Shown here: positions 40,843 to 51,344 of the stretch, piece by piece
Layout of the letters: every line of letters begins with the position of its first letter
Position numbering within the stretch: the stretch's first letter is position 1
Origin: an uncultured delta proteobacterium
GTDB lineage: Bacteria > Myxococcota_A > Polyangia > Fen-1088
Reading direction: 5' to 3'
DNA length: 64,000 nucleotides
NCBI GenBank assembly: GCA_963737265.1
Contig: CAVTRY010000012.1
Span: 352,001 to 416,000, forward strand
Notes under the pieces: model-generated
The model's input: only the letters and a program-made list of their open reading frames with translations
Databases searched by the model: none
Told to the model about the DNA's origin: nothing
Position numbers and translations under genes: made by a program

Positions 40843-42171
40843 CTATGTCCAGGCTGATGTGGTCATTCCAGACGAGGCAGCTGTTGTCTGGAGTTGTTGG
40901 GCGCTCTCCGCGCCCGGACGCACCCGAGAGAACACCCAATAGATTCCAGCAACGAGCAGTCCATTGATCGCGCCACGTGCCACCTGGGCAAATCCATATC
41001 CGTAACCGCCCAGAAAGGACGGGGCGAACTGGCATAGCATCATGAGCCAGAATGGACTGGCCCGATATCGCCAATCGACGAGAGCGCAGAAGAAGGAAAG
41101 CGCAGCAGCCATGACAACGACGCAGAAGTATCCGCCATTCCAGTAAAACTCCCCCAAGACGTTGATACCACCGCCATGGATGAAGTTAGCGGCGAGCTCC
41201 CATGCTGCCTCGATGGACCGCCGCCAGCCGAACCAACGGACAAAGAACGAGGGAGTGAAGGTGTACTCGACGACATTGTAAATGGACCGCCACTCTCGAG
41301 AGTTGCCCCCATCATAGAGAGTGATGCACATCAACATGTGTGTAGCCTGCTGGCTGGCGTTGGCAACGGACTCGACCCCTTCTGAGCTTTCCTCCCGGGA
41401 GTTTTCCATTTCAAACGCGTTTTTGATCGACGTCGAGATGGCAGACGCGCCTTCTAGATAAAGTACGGCGCGAGTGGTGCGAACCACGAATGACAGGGCA
41501 AGAACAGCGGCTATTACCGCGCCAATTCGCGCAAGATTTGAGAGCCGCCTGGCCGCGCCGGTGCGCGGAAGGAGAAGGACTGCGGCCGCTGTTAGGTAGC
41601 CAGTAGTGAGGCCTGTACCGCCCCTTATGTAATGAGTGATTCCGATTGCAACAAACAGAACGAAGAATGCGCGGCGGGCTGTGATCAACCCCAGCAGGCG
41701 GCGGCGCACCATTTCGTAGAGAAGAAGAGAGCAGATAAGCGCATGGCCGCCGGCCAACTCCATGTCATAGCGGATTTGTTGATCGGATGCGTAGGCACCG
41801 GAAAAGATGGACTGAGCGCTACCTGTGTAGGCGATCAGATAGAGTGCAATGGCCACTAAGATCGACTTGGGTAGGACAGGGGCGTCAGGGCCGATCCGGA
41901 CGCGTCCTCTCTGAAGGAGCAGTGTGAAGAACACCATGGTGGCCAGCGAGAGGCAAAGAATAACCGCCGCGGTGGAGAGATTGTCTTCCGAAAACAAGTA
42001 GAATGGCTGGAACCGCTGTGAGGCCGGAGGTCCCCACCGTTCGATAGAGGCCAGTGAGCGCGCGACAAGCAGGTTGTTGGCGGCCAGAATAAGGGTGCAA
42101 AGGCGTAGCTGATAGAGAGCGACCACGGCCACAATCCCGCTGGCTACCATCAGAAGGTCAAAGACGTTCAA
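40843..42171 (-). CDS. Putative Wzy polymerase
   Basis: Polytopic protein with a large loop and GEFYWNGG; lies between wzc and wzx. Confidence 0.6.
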   Translation of the reverse strand: MNVFDLLMVASGIVAVVALYQLRLCTLILAANNLLVARSLASIERWGPPASQRFQPFYLFSEDNLSTAAVILCLSLATMVFFTLLLQRGRVRIGPDAPVLPKSILVAIALYLIAYTGSAQSIFSGAYASDQQIRYDMELAGGHALICSLLLYEMVRRRLLGLITARRAFFVLFVAIGITHYIRGGTGLTTGYLTAAAVLLLPRTGAARRLSNLARIGAVIAAVLALSFVVRTTRAVLYLEGASAISTSIKNAFEMENSREESSEGVESVANASQQATHMLMCITLYDGGNSREWRSIYNVVEYTFTPSFFVRWFGWRRSIEAAWELAANFIHGGGINVLGEFYWNGGYFCVVVMAAALSFFCALVDWRYRASPFWLMMLCQFAPSFLGGYGYGFAQVARGAINGLLVAGIYWVFSRVRPGAESAQQLQTTAASSGMTTSAWT

Positions 42172-42180
42172 GGGAATGGC

Positions 42181-44328
42181 CTAGCTGGTGGCGCGGTAAT
42201 AGCGACCATATGGTGCGTAGTAGCCATAGCCATAGCCGTAGCCCCCGCCTTTGCGATCCGTCTGGTTGATGACCAAACCCAAAATGCGTGCACCCGCGTC
42301 GCCAAGCTGGCGCCGCGCAAATTTCGCAGCGTCACGTGTTGTGTGCCCGGCGCGTAGAACCAAGACCACGCCGTCGGTGACGCTACCAATAATGGCAGGG
42401 TCTGTCACGGGAGCAATGGGTGGGGAATCGAGAACCACTCGGTCGTAGCTGGCGCGGCATTCCGCGAGGACCTGCCGGAAGCGCTCAGTATGCAGCAACT
42501 CGGCCGGGTTGGGCGGCATTGGGCCACAGGGGAGAACGTCGAGGTTGGGGATCTCCGACTTGCAGACAGCGCTTTTTAGTTGGGCGTCGCCCGTCATCAC
42601 TGTTGACAGTCCCCTATCGCTTTTTAGGCCGAACGACTTGTGAATGCGGGGTTTGCGCATGTCCGCATCGATCAGAAGGATGCGACCGCCGCCCTGGGCC
42701 ATGGTGGTGGCTAGGTTGATCGCCACGGTTGTCTTTCCGTCCTGGGGTCCGGGGCTAGTGACGGAGAAAACTTGGAAGTCCTTCTGGGCGGAGATGAACA
42801 TCAGATTCGTGCGAATTGATCGGCAGGCCTCCGCCGCGATGGAGGTGGGATCTCTGAATACGGCCAGATCACGTTCGGGCGCGTCGGCAATGAGGTGCTG
42901 CTTGGCCTGCGATAGCATGGGAATCATGCCAAGCAGGGGCGCACCCACAAGCTCTTCCGCGGCCTCAGGGGTCTTGACCGTTGTGTCCAGGGACTCGACA
43001 ACAAATGCCAGAAGAAGGCCGAAAAGGAGCCCGAGCACGAAACCAACCGTAAGGTTAAAAGTGAGGATCGGGCTGACCGCCAACCGCGGCGGTGTCGCGC
43101 GATCCAAGATGCGCACGTTGTTGGCCCGCAACATGCCGGTAAGGTTGATTTCTTTCTGGCGCTGATTGATCAAGGAGTAGACCTTGCCGTTGTTCTCGGC
43201 GTCGCGAGCCAAGGGACGGTACTCGGTCTCGATCTTCGCCAATTCTAGGGCTTGCTGCTTTTCGTGGCTCATCCACTTGACTAGGGAATTCTCCGTCTCG
43301 ACCAAGGCTTCATAGCGCTTGTCGAAGGCGCGCAGGACATCGTCCAGCTCTTTGCCATAGTCGCGCTGAACCGAAGCCAACTGATGCTGGATGGTATCTA
43401 TCTTGGGGTGCTTGTCACCGTAGTGGGATTCAAGATCGGCCTTGATCTTGAGCAGGTCCAAATAGTTTTCCCGCAGCTTCTGAACCACGGGGTTGTCGCG
43501 GATTTCGGGCAGGCTCTCGCGTTCGTTGATGTCGTTCTTGGCCGCGAGGATGAGCTTGCGGATGGATTCGATCTCGATTCGCCGGGCTTTGACGTCTGTA
43601 ATTTTGGCGTTGAGGCTCTGCAGGTTCTGGCGGGTCATGCCCATCTTGTCGTCCAGGCCTACGTCCAGCAGGTTGCGATCCTTACGGAATCTGTACAGCT
43701 CCATCTCCGAGGCCTCGAGCTGCTTTCGCAGGTCCACGGTCTGCTCGCCCAGCCAGGTGCCTGCCGAGCGGGCTCCCTCAAGCTTGAAGTCGAGGTTGCG
43801 TTCAATATAGGTGTCGGCAAAGGCATTGGCGATACGCGTGGCCCGCTCGGGATTCACGTCGCGAACCAGAATGTTGGCGATGCGCGATTCACGTACGCCG
43901 ACGACCTTCACTGCCTTGAGCAGACTTTCGATCATGACTTGACGGTCAGGGCGCTTGGCGCTACCGGCCGTTCCGCCATAACTGGGATCGCTGTCCAAAC
44001 CCAGACGGTCGATCACCCGCTGGGCAATCTCCTCGGACCGGATGATCCGATACTGCGTCGTATAGAACTCGTGCGAAGCCGATCCCATCTCGATCACCTC
44101 TTTCACGCCCTCGAGGACCTGGGGCGCGCTCGACTCAATGACCAGCGAGCACGTCGCTTCGTAGATCTTCGGCTGCCGGATGGTGTACACGAAGGCCACG
44201 GCCAGGCTGGCGACCAACACGCCGGAGACCACCCGCCAGCGCTTGCGCAAGACGTTAAGATAGTGCCGCAGCTCGCGGGCCGTGCCCGGGATCTTCGACG
44301 GTGACGCAGGGACGCTTACGCTTTCCAT
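42181..44328 (-). CDS. wzc: Wzc polysaccharide co-polymerase / BY-kinase
   Basis: Two TM segments, coiled coil, GPQDGKTT, DADMRKP, DSPP, C-terminal Tyr cluster YGYGYGYYAPYGRYY. Confidence 0.93.
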   Translation of the reverse strand: MESVSVPASPSKIPGTARELRHYLNVLRKRWRVVSGVLVASLAVAFVYTIRQPKIYEATCSLVIESSAPQVLEGVKEVIEMGSASHEFYTTQYRIIRSEEIAQRVIDRLGLDSDPSYGGTAGSAKRPDRQVMIESLLKAVKVVGVRESRIANILVRDVNPERATRIANAFADTYIERNLDFKLEGARSAGTWLGEQTVDLRKQLEASEMELYRFRKDRNLLDVGLDDKMGMTRQNLQSLNAKITDVKARRIEIESIRKLILAAKNDINERESLPEIRDNPVVQKLRENYLDLLKIKADLESHYGDKHPKIDTIQHQLASVQRDYGKELDDVLRAFDKRYEALVETENSLVKWMSHEKQQALELAKIETEYRPLARDAENNGKVYSLINQRQKEINLTGMLRANNVRILDRATPPRLAVSPILTFNLTVGFVLGLLFGLLLAFVVESLDTTVKTPEAAEELVGAPLLGMIPMLSQAKQHLIADAPERDLAVFRDPTSIAAEACRSIRTNLMFISAQKDFQVFSVTSPGPQDGKTTVAINLATTMAQGGGRILLIDADMRKPRIHKSFGLKSDRGLSTVMTGDAQLKSAVCKSEIPNLDVLPCGPMPPNPAELLHTERFRQVLAECRASYDRVVLDSPPIAPVTDPAIIGSVTDGVVLVLRAGHTTRDAAKFARRQLGDAGARILGLVINQTDRKGGGYGYGYGYYAPYGRYYRATS

Positions 44329-44409
44329 GAACCGGCCACGCTAGCCCTAAAATGGGCCCTGCGCAATGATGCGGGGTGGGCGGGGTGGGCTTCGCGTGGG
44401 CGGATAGAA

Positions 44410-44745
44410 ATGGTAGCGTCCGGTCTAGTGGACGAATCCATTGGTCGAAGCCGGCACCATCGGTGTCCGCGTTGTGGCGCAAGTCTGGCGCGCGATGAGC
44501 GCGCTGGGCTGGAGGGTTTTTTCGTCAGCTTGTTGTTCTTGCGCGGCTTTTGCTGCCCGGAATGCGGCTGGCGTGGTCTGCGCTTCTCGAAGAGCCGTTT
44601 TCGCCATCGCAAATCGCGTCTCCAGGTTGCTGCGATCGTCGTGTTCTTCATTCTGGCCGCTGCCGTGGCAGTCCACGTGGTGCTTTCGCGCGTGGGTTCG
44701 GGGCACAGCCCGGCGCACGACGAGGGGATACAGGAGGTCGAGTAG
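44410..44745 (+). CDS. Small Zn-ribbon membrane protein
   Basis: CPRC and CPEC pairs plus one TM helix. Confidence 0.55.
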   Translation: MVASGLVDESIGRSRHHRCPRCGASLARDERAGLEGFFVSLLFLRGFCCPECGWRGLRFSKSRFRHRKSRLQVAAIVVFFILAAAVAVHVVLSRVGSGHSPAHDEGIQEVE

Positions 44746-44816
44746 GGGATCTCGCCCGCCAAATCTGTGCTTTCCACGGACAAGAGCTTGGCGTCCGCAG
44801 TGGTAGAGGTACTCGG

Positions 44817-44888
44817 CCCTCACCGGCCGCGCTTCGCGCGTCCGCCTCTCCCGCTGCGCGGGCGAGGCAATGTGGCCGCTGCGCGGCC
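44817..44888 (+). repeat. Triple-hairpin REP-like element (other copies 45783, 46083/48605, 48882, 49979, 52640, 54118; stub 57608)
   Basis: ccctcac-cggccgcgc ttc gcgcgtccg-cctctcccgc tgc gcgggcgagg-caatgt-ggccgc tgc gcggcc. Confidence 0.88.
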
Positions 44889-45057
44889 GGGCGGTTCGTT
44901 CCAGTTTCCGTGGTGGGACTGGATCGGGTGAGAGTGGCGAGTGAAACCCTGGCGCACCGTGTGACGGGCGCGGTTGACAGACTGTACTCGTATCAGTACA
45001 GTCCTTGTGTGTCTAAGGACGAGCCGTCTGTCCTCGCCCGTCCGCCTCCGTGTGCGC

Positions 45058-45342
45058 TCACTTCGTGATGGGGCGTCGCGCTTGGTGGTAGACACGCATC
45101 ACCTCCAGGACGCCATCGCGTCGCCTATAGAAAAGCCGATATGGCGGAATGGGCCAGGACCGAACTTTGAGACCAGTCTTCAGCTGCTGCTCAGGACCCT
45201 CGAATTCCTCGCGTGCCAAACGCTCCGCCAAAGTGACGACCTCACCCAGAAGCGTAAATGGCACGCCTGGCCTTCTCTCCCTCCAGAAGGCGACGGCGCC
45301 CTCCACGTCCTTCGCTGCCTGTTTGGCGAATCGGATTCTCAA
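45058..45342 (-). CDS. ParE/RelE-family toxin
   Basis: MRIRFAKQAAKDV...PYRLFYR...EVMRVYHQAR. Confidence 0.8.
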   Translation of the reverse strand: MRIRFAKQAAKDVEGAVAFWRERRPGVPFTLLGEVVTLAERLAREEFEGPEQQLKTGLKVRSWPIPPYRLFYRRRDGVLEVMRVYHQARRPITK

Positions 45343-45554
45343 CGTCGCAAGGTTCCCTCAAGCGCGATGCGGAATTCCTCGGGCGTGAATCCCTCACCTC
45401 GATCCAACGAGCTGGCGGCCTCTTCAAGGCCGGCTTCCTCTTCAGCAGTTAGCGCCAGAACCTCGTCGACGGATTGCAGGATGTACCGTCCGGACGGCAG
45501 TGATCGCATCTCACGGGGAAGCTGTTTGCCATCGAAATTCAGGACGACCGTCAT
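45339..45554 (-). CDS. Putative antitoxin
   Basis: LTAEEEAGLEEA...LDRGEG; coupled to the toxin gene. Confidence 0.7.
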   Translation of the reverse strand: MTVVLNFDGKQLPREMRSLPSGRYILQSVDEVLALTAEEEAGLEEAASSLDRGEGFTPEEFRIALEGTLRR

Positions 45555-46146
45555 CCTGGAAGGATACACTCCTCTGCCCTGGTCCACCAGCAGTCGCCAC
45601 CGGCCCGGAGGGAAACCACTTCCATCAGAATCACCGGGGCCAGGTACCCACCCCCTATTGGCCCATTCGCCGCACGGGCGAGGGCTCGCCGAAGAGGTTC
45701 GTGGTCGCGCCTTCCAGGGCCTGCTTGAGCGAGTCGAGCTCGGCTTCGCTGACGCTGAGGCCGCGGTGGTAGAGGTACTCGGCCCTCACCGGCCGCGCTT
45801 CGCGCGTCCGCCTCTCCCGCTGCGCGGGCGAGGCAGTGTGGCCGCTGCCGCGGCCGGGCGGTTCGTCCCAGTTTCCGTGGTCGGACTGGATGGGGGTGAG
45901 AGTGGCGAGTGCAACCGTGGCTCACCGTATGCCCGGGTGCGTCCCTGCCAAGCCAACCATGACGATCGACTCGGTGTCTCGCGCAGCGGAGGCACTGGTG
46001 CGTCGGCCCCCCGCTGCGCGGTGGCTGCGCGGGGCGAGTTCGACTTCGCTGACGCTGAGGCCGCAGTGGTAGAGGTACTCGGCCCTCACCGGCCGCGCTT
46101 CGCGCGTCCGTGCTGGACGTCAACTACATTCACCCGGTGACGTCAA

Positions 46147-46996
46147 TTACATCGCCCCATTGTTGTCGGGGGTAGTTGTCGTTGGTTGATCGGTAGTTGT
46201 CGTAGTTGTCGCTGGGGTGGTGACGCCTCTCTTTCGTGCTTCTTCGCTGCGGTAGCTGGGGCCGGTCATCTCAAGGATGACCGCGTGGTGGACCAGTCGG
46301 TCGATGGCGGCGGCGGTGGTCATGGGATCCTTGAAAATGCGGATCCAATCGCTGAAGACCAGGTTGCTGGTGATGAGGACGCTCTTGCGTTCGTACCGCT
46401 CGGCCAGGAAGGTGAAAAGGACCTCCATTTCATCGCGGCTCTGCTGGACGTAGCCGATGTCGTCGAGGATCACGGCGTGATAGATGTTGAGCGCGGCCAG
46501 TTCTCGTTCCAGGCGAAGGTCGCGCTTGGCGGCCAGCAGCCTCTGGACAAGCGCGAAGGTCGGCGTGAAGAGGACCCGGTAGCCGCGCCGGATGAGTTCG
46601 TGGCCGATGGCAGCCACAACGTGACTTTTGCCTCGGCCGGGCAGTCCGAAGACGAGCAGGTTCTCCCCACGTTCGACAAAGCCACCCTCACACAGGCTCG
46701 CCATCTGCTTCATCACCTTGGGTGACAGCCGACCACGTTCCAGGGTGGCCAGGGTTTTCTCCGTGGGAAGGTCCGAATCGCGAAGCGCGCGATCGATGCG
46801 ACGGGTTCGGCGCTCTTCGATTTCCAGTTCGGCCAGGTGCTGGAGGTATTGGCTGAAGGTCCACCCCTCGCGGCTGGCCTTGATCGCGATCTCCTCGGCG
46901 TGCCGGGTGAAGGCAGGCAGCTTGAGCGCGCGCAGAAGCACCAGCAGAGCGTTCGAGCGCGCTCGGCTTGACCGTGTCTACGGAGACGTTGGTCAT
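46147..46996 (-). CDS. istB: IstB ATPase helper (1-nt frameshift near 46950)
   Basis: GLPGRGKSH, LDDIGY, AAAIDRLVHH; ATG overlaps the istA stop. Confidence 0.9.
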
Positions 46997-48492
46997 GATG
47001 CCACCTGTTCGAGGAGCAGGTCGTAGGACGCGAGATCGACCAGCGGTGCTTCGAGCGCGGGGACGCTCGGTGGATAGGTACTGTCCGTCGCCTGTGTGCA
47101 TCTCTTCTTGGTTGCATCCGCCGTCAAGATGGTCCCATCGGCAAGCAGAGTCGTGAGCGCTTGCTCGACATCGGCTTCCATCGTGCTGGCGGCCAGGTGA
47201 AGAATGCGCAGGTATTCAACGTCGCCTTTGATTCCAGGCTTGGTCGCCTGGATCGCGTCGTATGCCCGCCTGAAAGTCACGCTTGGAAACAGCTCTTCTC
47301 GGTAGACGTAGCGAGAAAACGCGCCCGGCTTGCGCACCAAAGACCAGATGACGTGCCGGTAGTCGATGCGCGCGGTCTTGCCTCGCAGCCTGTCGCAGGC
47401 CAATTCCAAGTTGTCGGCGTAGTACACCTCGATTCGGTGCTCGAACACGCGGACTCTCACCCGTGCGCCGATCAGCCTCGACGGCACCGAGTAGGCGCAC
47501 GACTTGACCCGGATGGTGCTCGTCGACGCCACAGGTGCCGTCATTTCTGCGTACTCCGGCAAACGCTCCACCACCAGCGGCCGCATGGCTTCGATCTCCT
47601 CGGCGACGCGCGGGCCTCGCGAAGCGTTGGCTTTGCGGACCACCTTGGCTACGAAGCGTTCGTAGTCGTCTTGGTCCGCGAAGTCGCGGCTGCCACGCAC
47701 CAGCAACGCTTGTTCAAGCCGACGCTTGAGCGCGCCGTTGCTGGCCTCCACATCGCCGTTTTGTTCCTTGGCCCCGACGGCTGTAGTTCGTGGCTCCATT
47801 CCGAGGTGCCGCATGACCGCCTTGTATTCATCGTTGAAAGTGCGATCTTCCGCATCGCGAGCGATCTGATGTGTCGCCGCCGTCGAGTGGTCGGTTTGGT
47901 GGTATCGCGGCACCCGCCCAAGCTGGAACAGCGCCGACTGGATCCCTCGCCGAAGCGCTGCCAGAGACTCCGACAGACACGCGGTCGCCCATTGCCAGTT
48001 CGAGTACGGCAGCACCGTCACGCACAAAAGGTGCACAAATAGCTGGCCCACGATCGTCACACCAAGCTCCGCCGTCGACGTGAAGTCGGTTTGCGCGGCT
48101 TCACCGGGCCGATGCGCCTGCGTGAACCAAATCTCACGCGCAGGACCATGCTCGGCCCGCCAGCGACGGATTCGCCGCTGCATTGTCCGAAGATGGCTCT
48201 CGTTGTACCGCCCTGGCTGCTTCGCCTCCAGCAGCTCCAGCACCGTCTGAGCCTCCAGCCCAGGCGTTTCCTCCAGCAACTTGGCCACGGCTGGCCAGTC
48301 CTCGGCGAACGCGTCAGGGCGCGTCCGCCACCACCGCGGCTGCCGTAGCTCCGACGGTAGCTTGCCCGCGGCGATGTATCGCCGCCCTGTCTTCCGGTCC
48401 ATGCCCGCCTTCATGGCGGCCTGGCCTACTTTTCCAATCTTGCTCATCTCTTCCATCAAACGCCTCACTTGGGCGTCGGTGACCGGCTTCAA
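46993..48492 (-). CDS. istA: IstA DDE transposase
   Basis: PGEAAQTDFT, TDHSTAA, NGDVE, YSVPSRLIG. Confidence 0.93.
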   Translation of the reverse strand: MKPVTDAQVRRLMEEMSKIGKVGQAAMKAGMDRKTGRRYIAAGKLPSELRQPRWWRTRPDAFAEDWPAVAKLLEETPGLEAQTVLELLEAKQPGRYNESHLRTMQRRIRRWRAEHGPAREIWFTQAHRPGEAAQTDFTSTAELGVTIVGQLFVHLLCVTVLPYSNWQWATACLSESLAALRRGIQSALFQLGRVPRYHQTDHSTAATHQIARDAEDRTFNDEYKAVMRHLGMEPRTTAVGAKEQNGDVEASNGALKRRLEQALLVRGSRDFADQDDYERFVAKVVRKANASRGPRVAEEIEAMRPLVVERLPEYAEMTAPVASTSTIRVKSCAYSVPSRLIGARVRVRVFEHRIEVYYADNLELACDRLRGKTARIDYRHVIWSLVRKPGAFSRYVYREELFPSVTFRRAYDAIQATKPGIKGDVEYLRILHLAASTMEADVEQALTTLLADGTILTADATKKRCTQATDSTYPPSVPALEAPLVDLASYDLLLEQVAS

Positions 48493-49229
48493 AGGTGCCT
48501 CCTGCCCGCTTGCGGGCTTGGAGGTCTACCTCACGGTCACCGTCGCGCCTCAAAGCGGGGCGACGTAGCTGTCGTCTTTGGGGAGATGTAATTGTCGCTC
48601 AGCACGTCCGCCTCTCCCGCTGCGCGGGCGAGGAAATGTGGCCGCTGCCGCGGCCGGGGGGGCGTCCCGGTTTCCGTGGTGGGACTGGACGGGGTGAGAG
48701 TGGCGAGTGCAACCGTGGCTCACCGTATGCCCGGGTGCGTCCCTGCCAAGCCAACCATGACGATCGACTCGGTGTCTCGCGCAGCGGAGGCACTGGTGCG
48801 TCGGCCTCCCCGCTGCGTGGTGGCTGCGCGAATCGAGCTCGGCTTCGCTGACCCTGAGGCCGCAGTGGTAGAGGTACTCGGCCCTCACCGGCCGCGCTTC
48901 GCGCGTCCGCCTCTCCCGCTGCGCGGGCGAGGCAATGTGGCCGCTGCGCGGCCGGGCGGTTCGTTCCAAGTTTCCGTGGTGGGACTGGGTGGGGTGAGAG
49001 TGGCGAGTGCAACCGTGGCTCACCGTATGGCCGGGTGCGCCCCTGCCAAGCCAACCATGACGATCGACTCGGTGTCTCGCGCAGAGAAAATCCGATTACG
49101 CGTCAGCAAGGGCGACGTAGCTTCAAACATCCTGCGGCCATTCTTCCGGGGACCTGTGAAGCACGGCCGACATCTCGGCAGTCTCTCCGAGCGGAAGTGC
49201 CGCGGCAGCGCCTTGGTCGGGCCGCGTTC

Positions 49230-49390
49230 TCACGAGAAGTCTGGGATTTCCCGCGACGAGCGAACGACCGTCACAAAGTCGAGCCGGTCCTCAAGAACTC
49301 CATAGACGATTCGGTACGGACGTAGAATGAACACTGCGCTAGCCTCCGATTCGCAAGACCTGTCCAGGCCCTACCGAACTGAGAGCTGCC
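49230..49390 (-). pseudogene. C-terminal relic of a ParE/RelE toxin
   Basis: VFILRPYRIVYGVLEDRLDFVTVVRSSREIPDFS*. Confidence 0.6.
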
Positions 49391-49424
49391 AGGATATCCG
49401 GAACGAGCGGGAGCAGGTCGCAAA

Positions 49425-49621
49425 GGCAACACACCAACCTTCTGCTGGTAGACCAGGTTGCTGTCGATCGTGATGAAGACATCAATGCCGCCTGCTGCGA
49501 CGCGGAGAAGCTCGCCGTTCTTCTTTCCCGCCCATCCGGCCTCGGGTACGGTCTTCACCTCATGGTTGCGAAGGTGCTTCTTCAATCCACGAGGAAGACA
49601 CTCGTCAAGCAATACGCGCAT
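49425..49621 (-). pseudogene. DUF5615 PIN-like toxin, C-terminally truncated
   Basis: MRVLLDECLP...GWAGKKNGELL...FITIDSNLVYQQ then unrelated sequence. Confidence 0.75.
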
Positions 49622-49829
49622 ATCGAGATACCGCTTCGCCGGCTACATCAAGCACGGCGGCGATCTGTTCCCGGCTAACCGTCGGAAAGTCGTCCAGGAA
49701 GTCGTCAACACAATCTCCGACCTTCAGGTAGTCCATCAGCGTCTGGACGGGTACGCGGGTTCCGTCGAAGACAGGCGTTCCCGAAAGGATCTCCAGGTCG
49801 ACACAAATTGAGGACTGGATCGACTTCAC
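49605..49829 (-). CDS. DUF433 antitoxin
   Basis: EILSGTPVFDGTRVPV...FLDDFPTV. Confidence 0.88.
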   Translation of the reverse strand: MKSIQSSICVDLEILSGTPVFDGTRVPVQTLMDYLKVGDCVDDFLDDFPTVSREQIAAVLDVAGEAVSRYARIA

Positions 49830-50071
49830 GCTGCAATCATAGCGCGGTTTCTGTGTGCCGGTACTGAGAGTGGGTTTCCTGTTTCTGCGGCGGAGCGATA
49901 CCTGGCGGCGCGGGCCGGGTTTCGTGGTTGGCCAGATCGCGCTGGCGGACGGCATTGCGCCACCGGGGCTGTACTCGGCCCTCACCGGCCGCGCTTCGCG
50001 CGTCCGCCTCTCCCGCTGCGCGGGCGAGGCAATGTGGCCGCTGCGCGGCCATGTTGTGCAACAAGCAGCTT

Positions 50072-50368
50072 CTACGTCCGCGCTTCAGCATGCAGCTTGA
50101 TGCCCAGAGCGCTGATGACCTTGAGAATCGTGTCGATCCCTGGGCTTCTCTCACCCGACAGGGCCTTGTAGACGCTCTCCCGGGACAAACCTGAATCTTT
50201 CGCGACCTGGCTCATCCCTCTTGCTCGAGCGATGTCGCCAATGGCCTTGGCGACCATCGACGCATCACCGTTTGATTCCTCGAGCACACATTCGAGGTAA
50301 GCCGCCATTTCTTTGGGCGTCCCCAGATGCTCCGCCACGTCATAGCGAGTGGTTTTGGTCTTTCTCAT
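50072..50368 (-). CDS. Addiction-module antidote (HI1420-like HTH)
   Basis: YDVAEHL...IARARGMSQVAKDSGLSRESVYKALSG. Confidence 0.88.
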   Translation of the reverse strand: MRKTKTTRYDVAEHLGTPKEMAAYLECVLEESNGDASMVAKAIGDIARARGMSQVAKDSGLSRESVYKALSGERSPGIDTILKVISALGIKLHAEART

Positions 50369-50377
50369 GACTTGCTC

Positions 50378-50614
50378 CTACAGATTCTTGGCCAGCCGGA
50401 CCGCGGTCTTGATGTCGGCCGCTTGGCCGGATTTGTCACCGCCGATAAGTAAGATGACAATCCATTGTCCTCGTCTTGTGAAGTACACACGGTATCCAGG
50501 ACCGTAGTCAATGCGCAGCTCTGATACGCCTTGTCCCACGGACTTGGAATCACCGAGATTGCCCGCTACGACACGTTCGATGCGAACGAGGACGCGCGCC
50601 CGCGCTCGCACGTC
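50378..50614 (-). pseudogene. Addiction-module killer (HI1419/RelE-like), N-terminus lost
   Basis: GNLGDSKSVGQGVSELRIDYGPGYRVY...GGDKS; no credible start. Confidence 0.78.
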
Positions 50615-50748
50615 GAAAGTCTTGGATGGTGACCCCACAGATGCGATCGGTCTCGAAGGGGGTCTGGCAGATCACAGTCAGCTTGGCCGTGGGGAAGGCG
50701 CGCGCGAACCATGCGAGCTTGATGGGTGAAACTGGACCACGCTTCACC
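50615..50748 (-). pseudogene. C-terminal scrap of another DUF4143-type ATPase
   Basis: VKRGPVSPIKLAWFARAFPTAKLTVICQTPF resembles the terminal nuclease-like strand region. Confidence 0.45.
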
Positions 50749-51116
50749 GAAACGGGGGCCCCAGCCGGGGGCTCGGTGAGGTAGCAACTTCTGGCGGAGT
50801 GCCGCCGAAAACGCAGATCTGGAACAGCGAGGAACGGAGAAACAGAGACAGGATGACTTTACTGGGCAAATTATCGCCGCCTGCATCGAAGTCCACCGTC
50901 ACCTCGGTCCCGGGCGGCAGAGCGGTTGCTTCCTGTCCACTTGGCACAGGTCATTACCTATCTCAAGCTCCTACGACTGCCGGTGGGCCTGCTCGTCAAT
51001 TTCCACGTCCCCGTACTTCGCGAGGGTCTCCGCCGCCTCGTCAACCCAACCCGTGATCCCTCTGGTCCTCCGTTCCTCCCTGTTTTTCCCTCCGATCCCA
51101 CGAGGTGAAGCCCCAG
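50749..51116 (+). pseudogene. Degenerate inverted copy of the GxxExxY element (start mutated, centre deleted, ends clipped)
   Basis: Reverse-complement match to 53462-54005 with a deletion at about 50913. Confidence 0.9.
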
Positions 51117-51261
51117 TGCTAAGCCAACCATGACGATCGACTCGGTGTCTCGCGCGGCGCAGGCACTTGGTGCTCGCCTTGAGATGAAGGTTGTGCCGAA
51201 CCCAACGCCAGTCCGCCCGCCATCGAAGCCCAGGCGCAAAGCAGCGTAAGACCTCGGCGTC

Positions 51262-51335
51262 CTACTTGGAATCGCGGGTGATGAGGATCTCCTCGCCCTC
51301 AGCCAGCGCCTTCTCGGCCTTGGGCCATGTTTCGC
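51262..51335 (-). pseudogene. Scrap of a Phd-like antitoxin
   Basis: WPKAEKALAEGEEILITRDSK*. Confidence 0.5.
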
Positions 51336-51344
51336 ACCGGACCC

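Larger units (their letters stand above)
46111..48604 (-). mobile_element. IS21-family insertion sequence
   Basis: TG...CA ends, IRs tgctggacgtcaactacat / tgctgagcgacaattacat, 6-bp target duplication cgtccg (46105-46110, 48605-48610), istA and istB. Confidence 0.95.
45735..49084 (+). repeat. Tandem 300-bp units (wecA tail + REP-like element + spacer), middle unit split by IS21
   Basis: REP starts at 45783, 46083 and 48882 give periods of 300 and 299 bp after removing the IS and its duplication. Confidence 0.85.

Noticed and set aside
44980-45003. LexA/SOS box
   Set aside because: CTGT and ACAG are 12 nt apart rather than 8; it fits a TA-type operator better.
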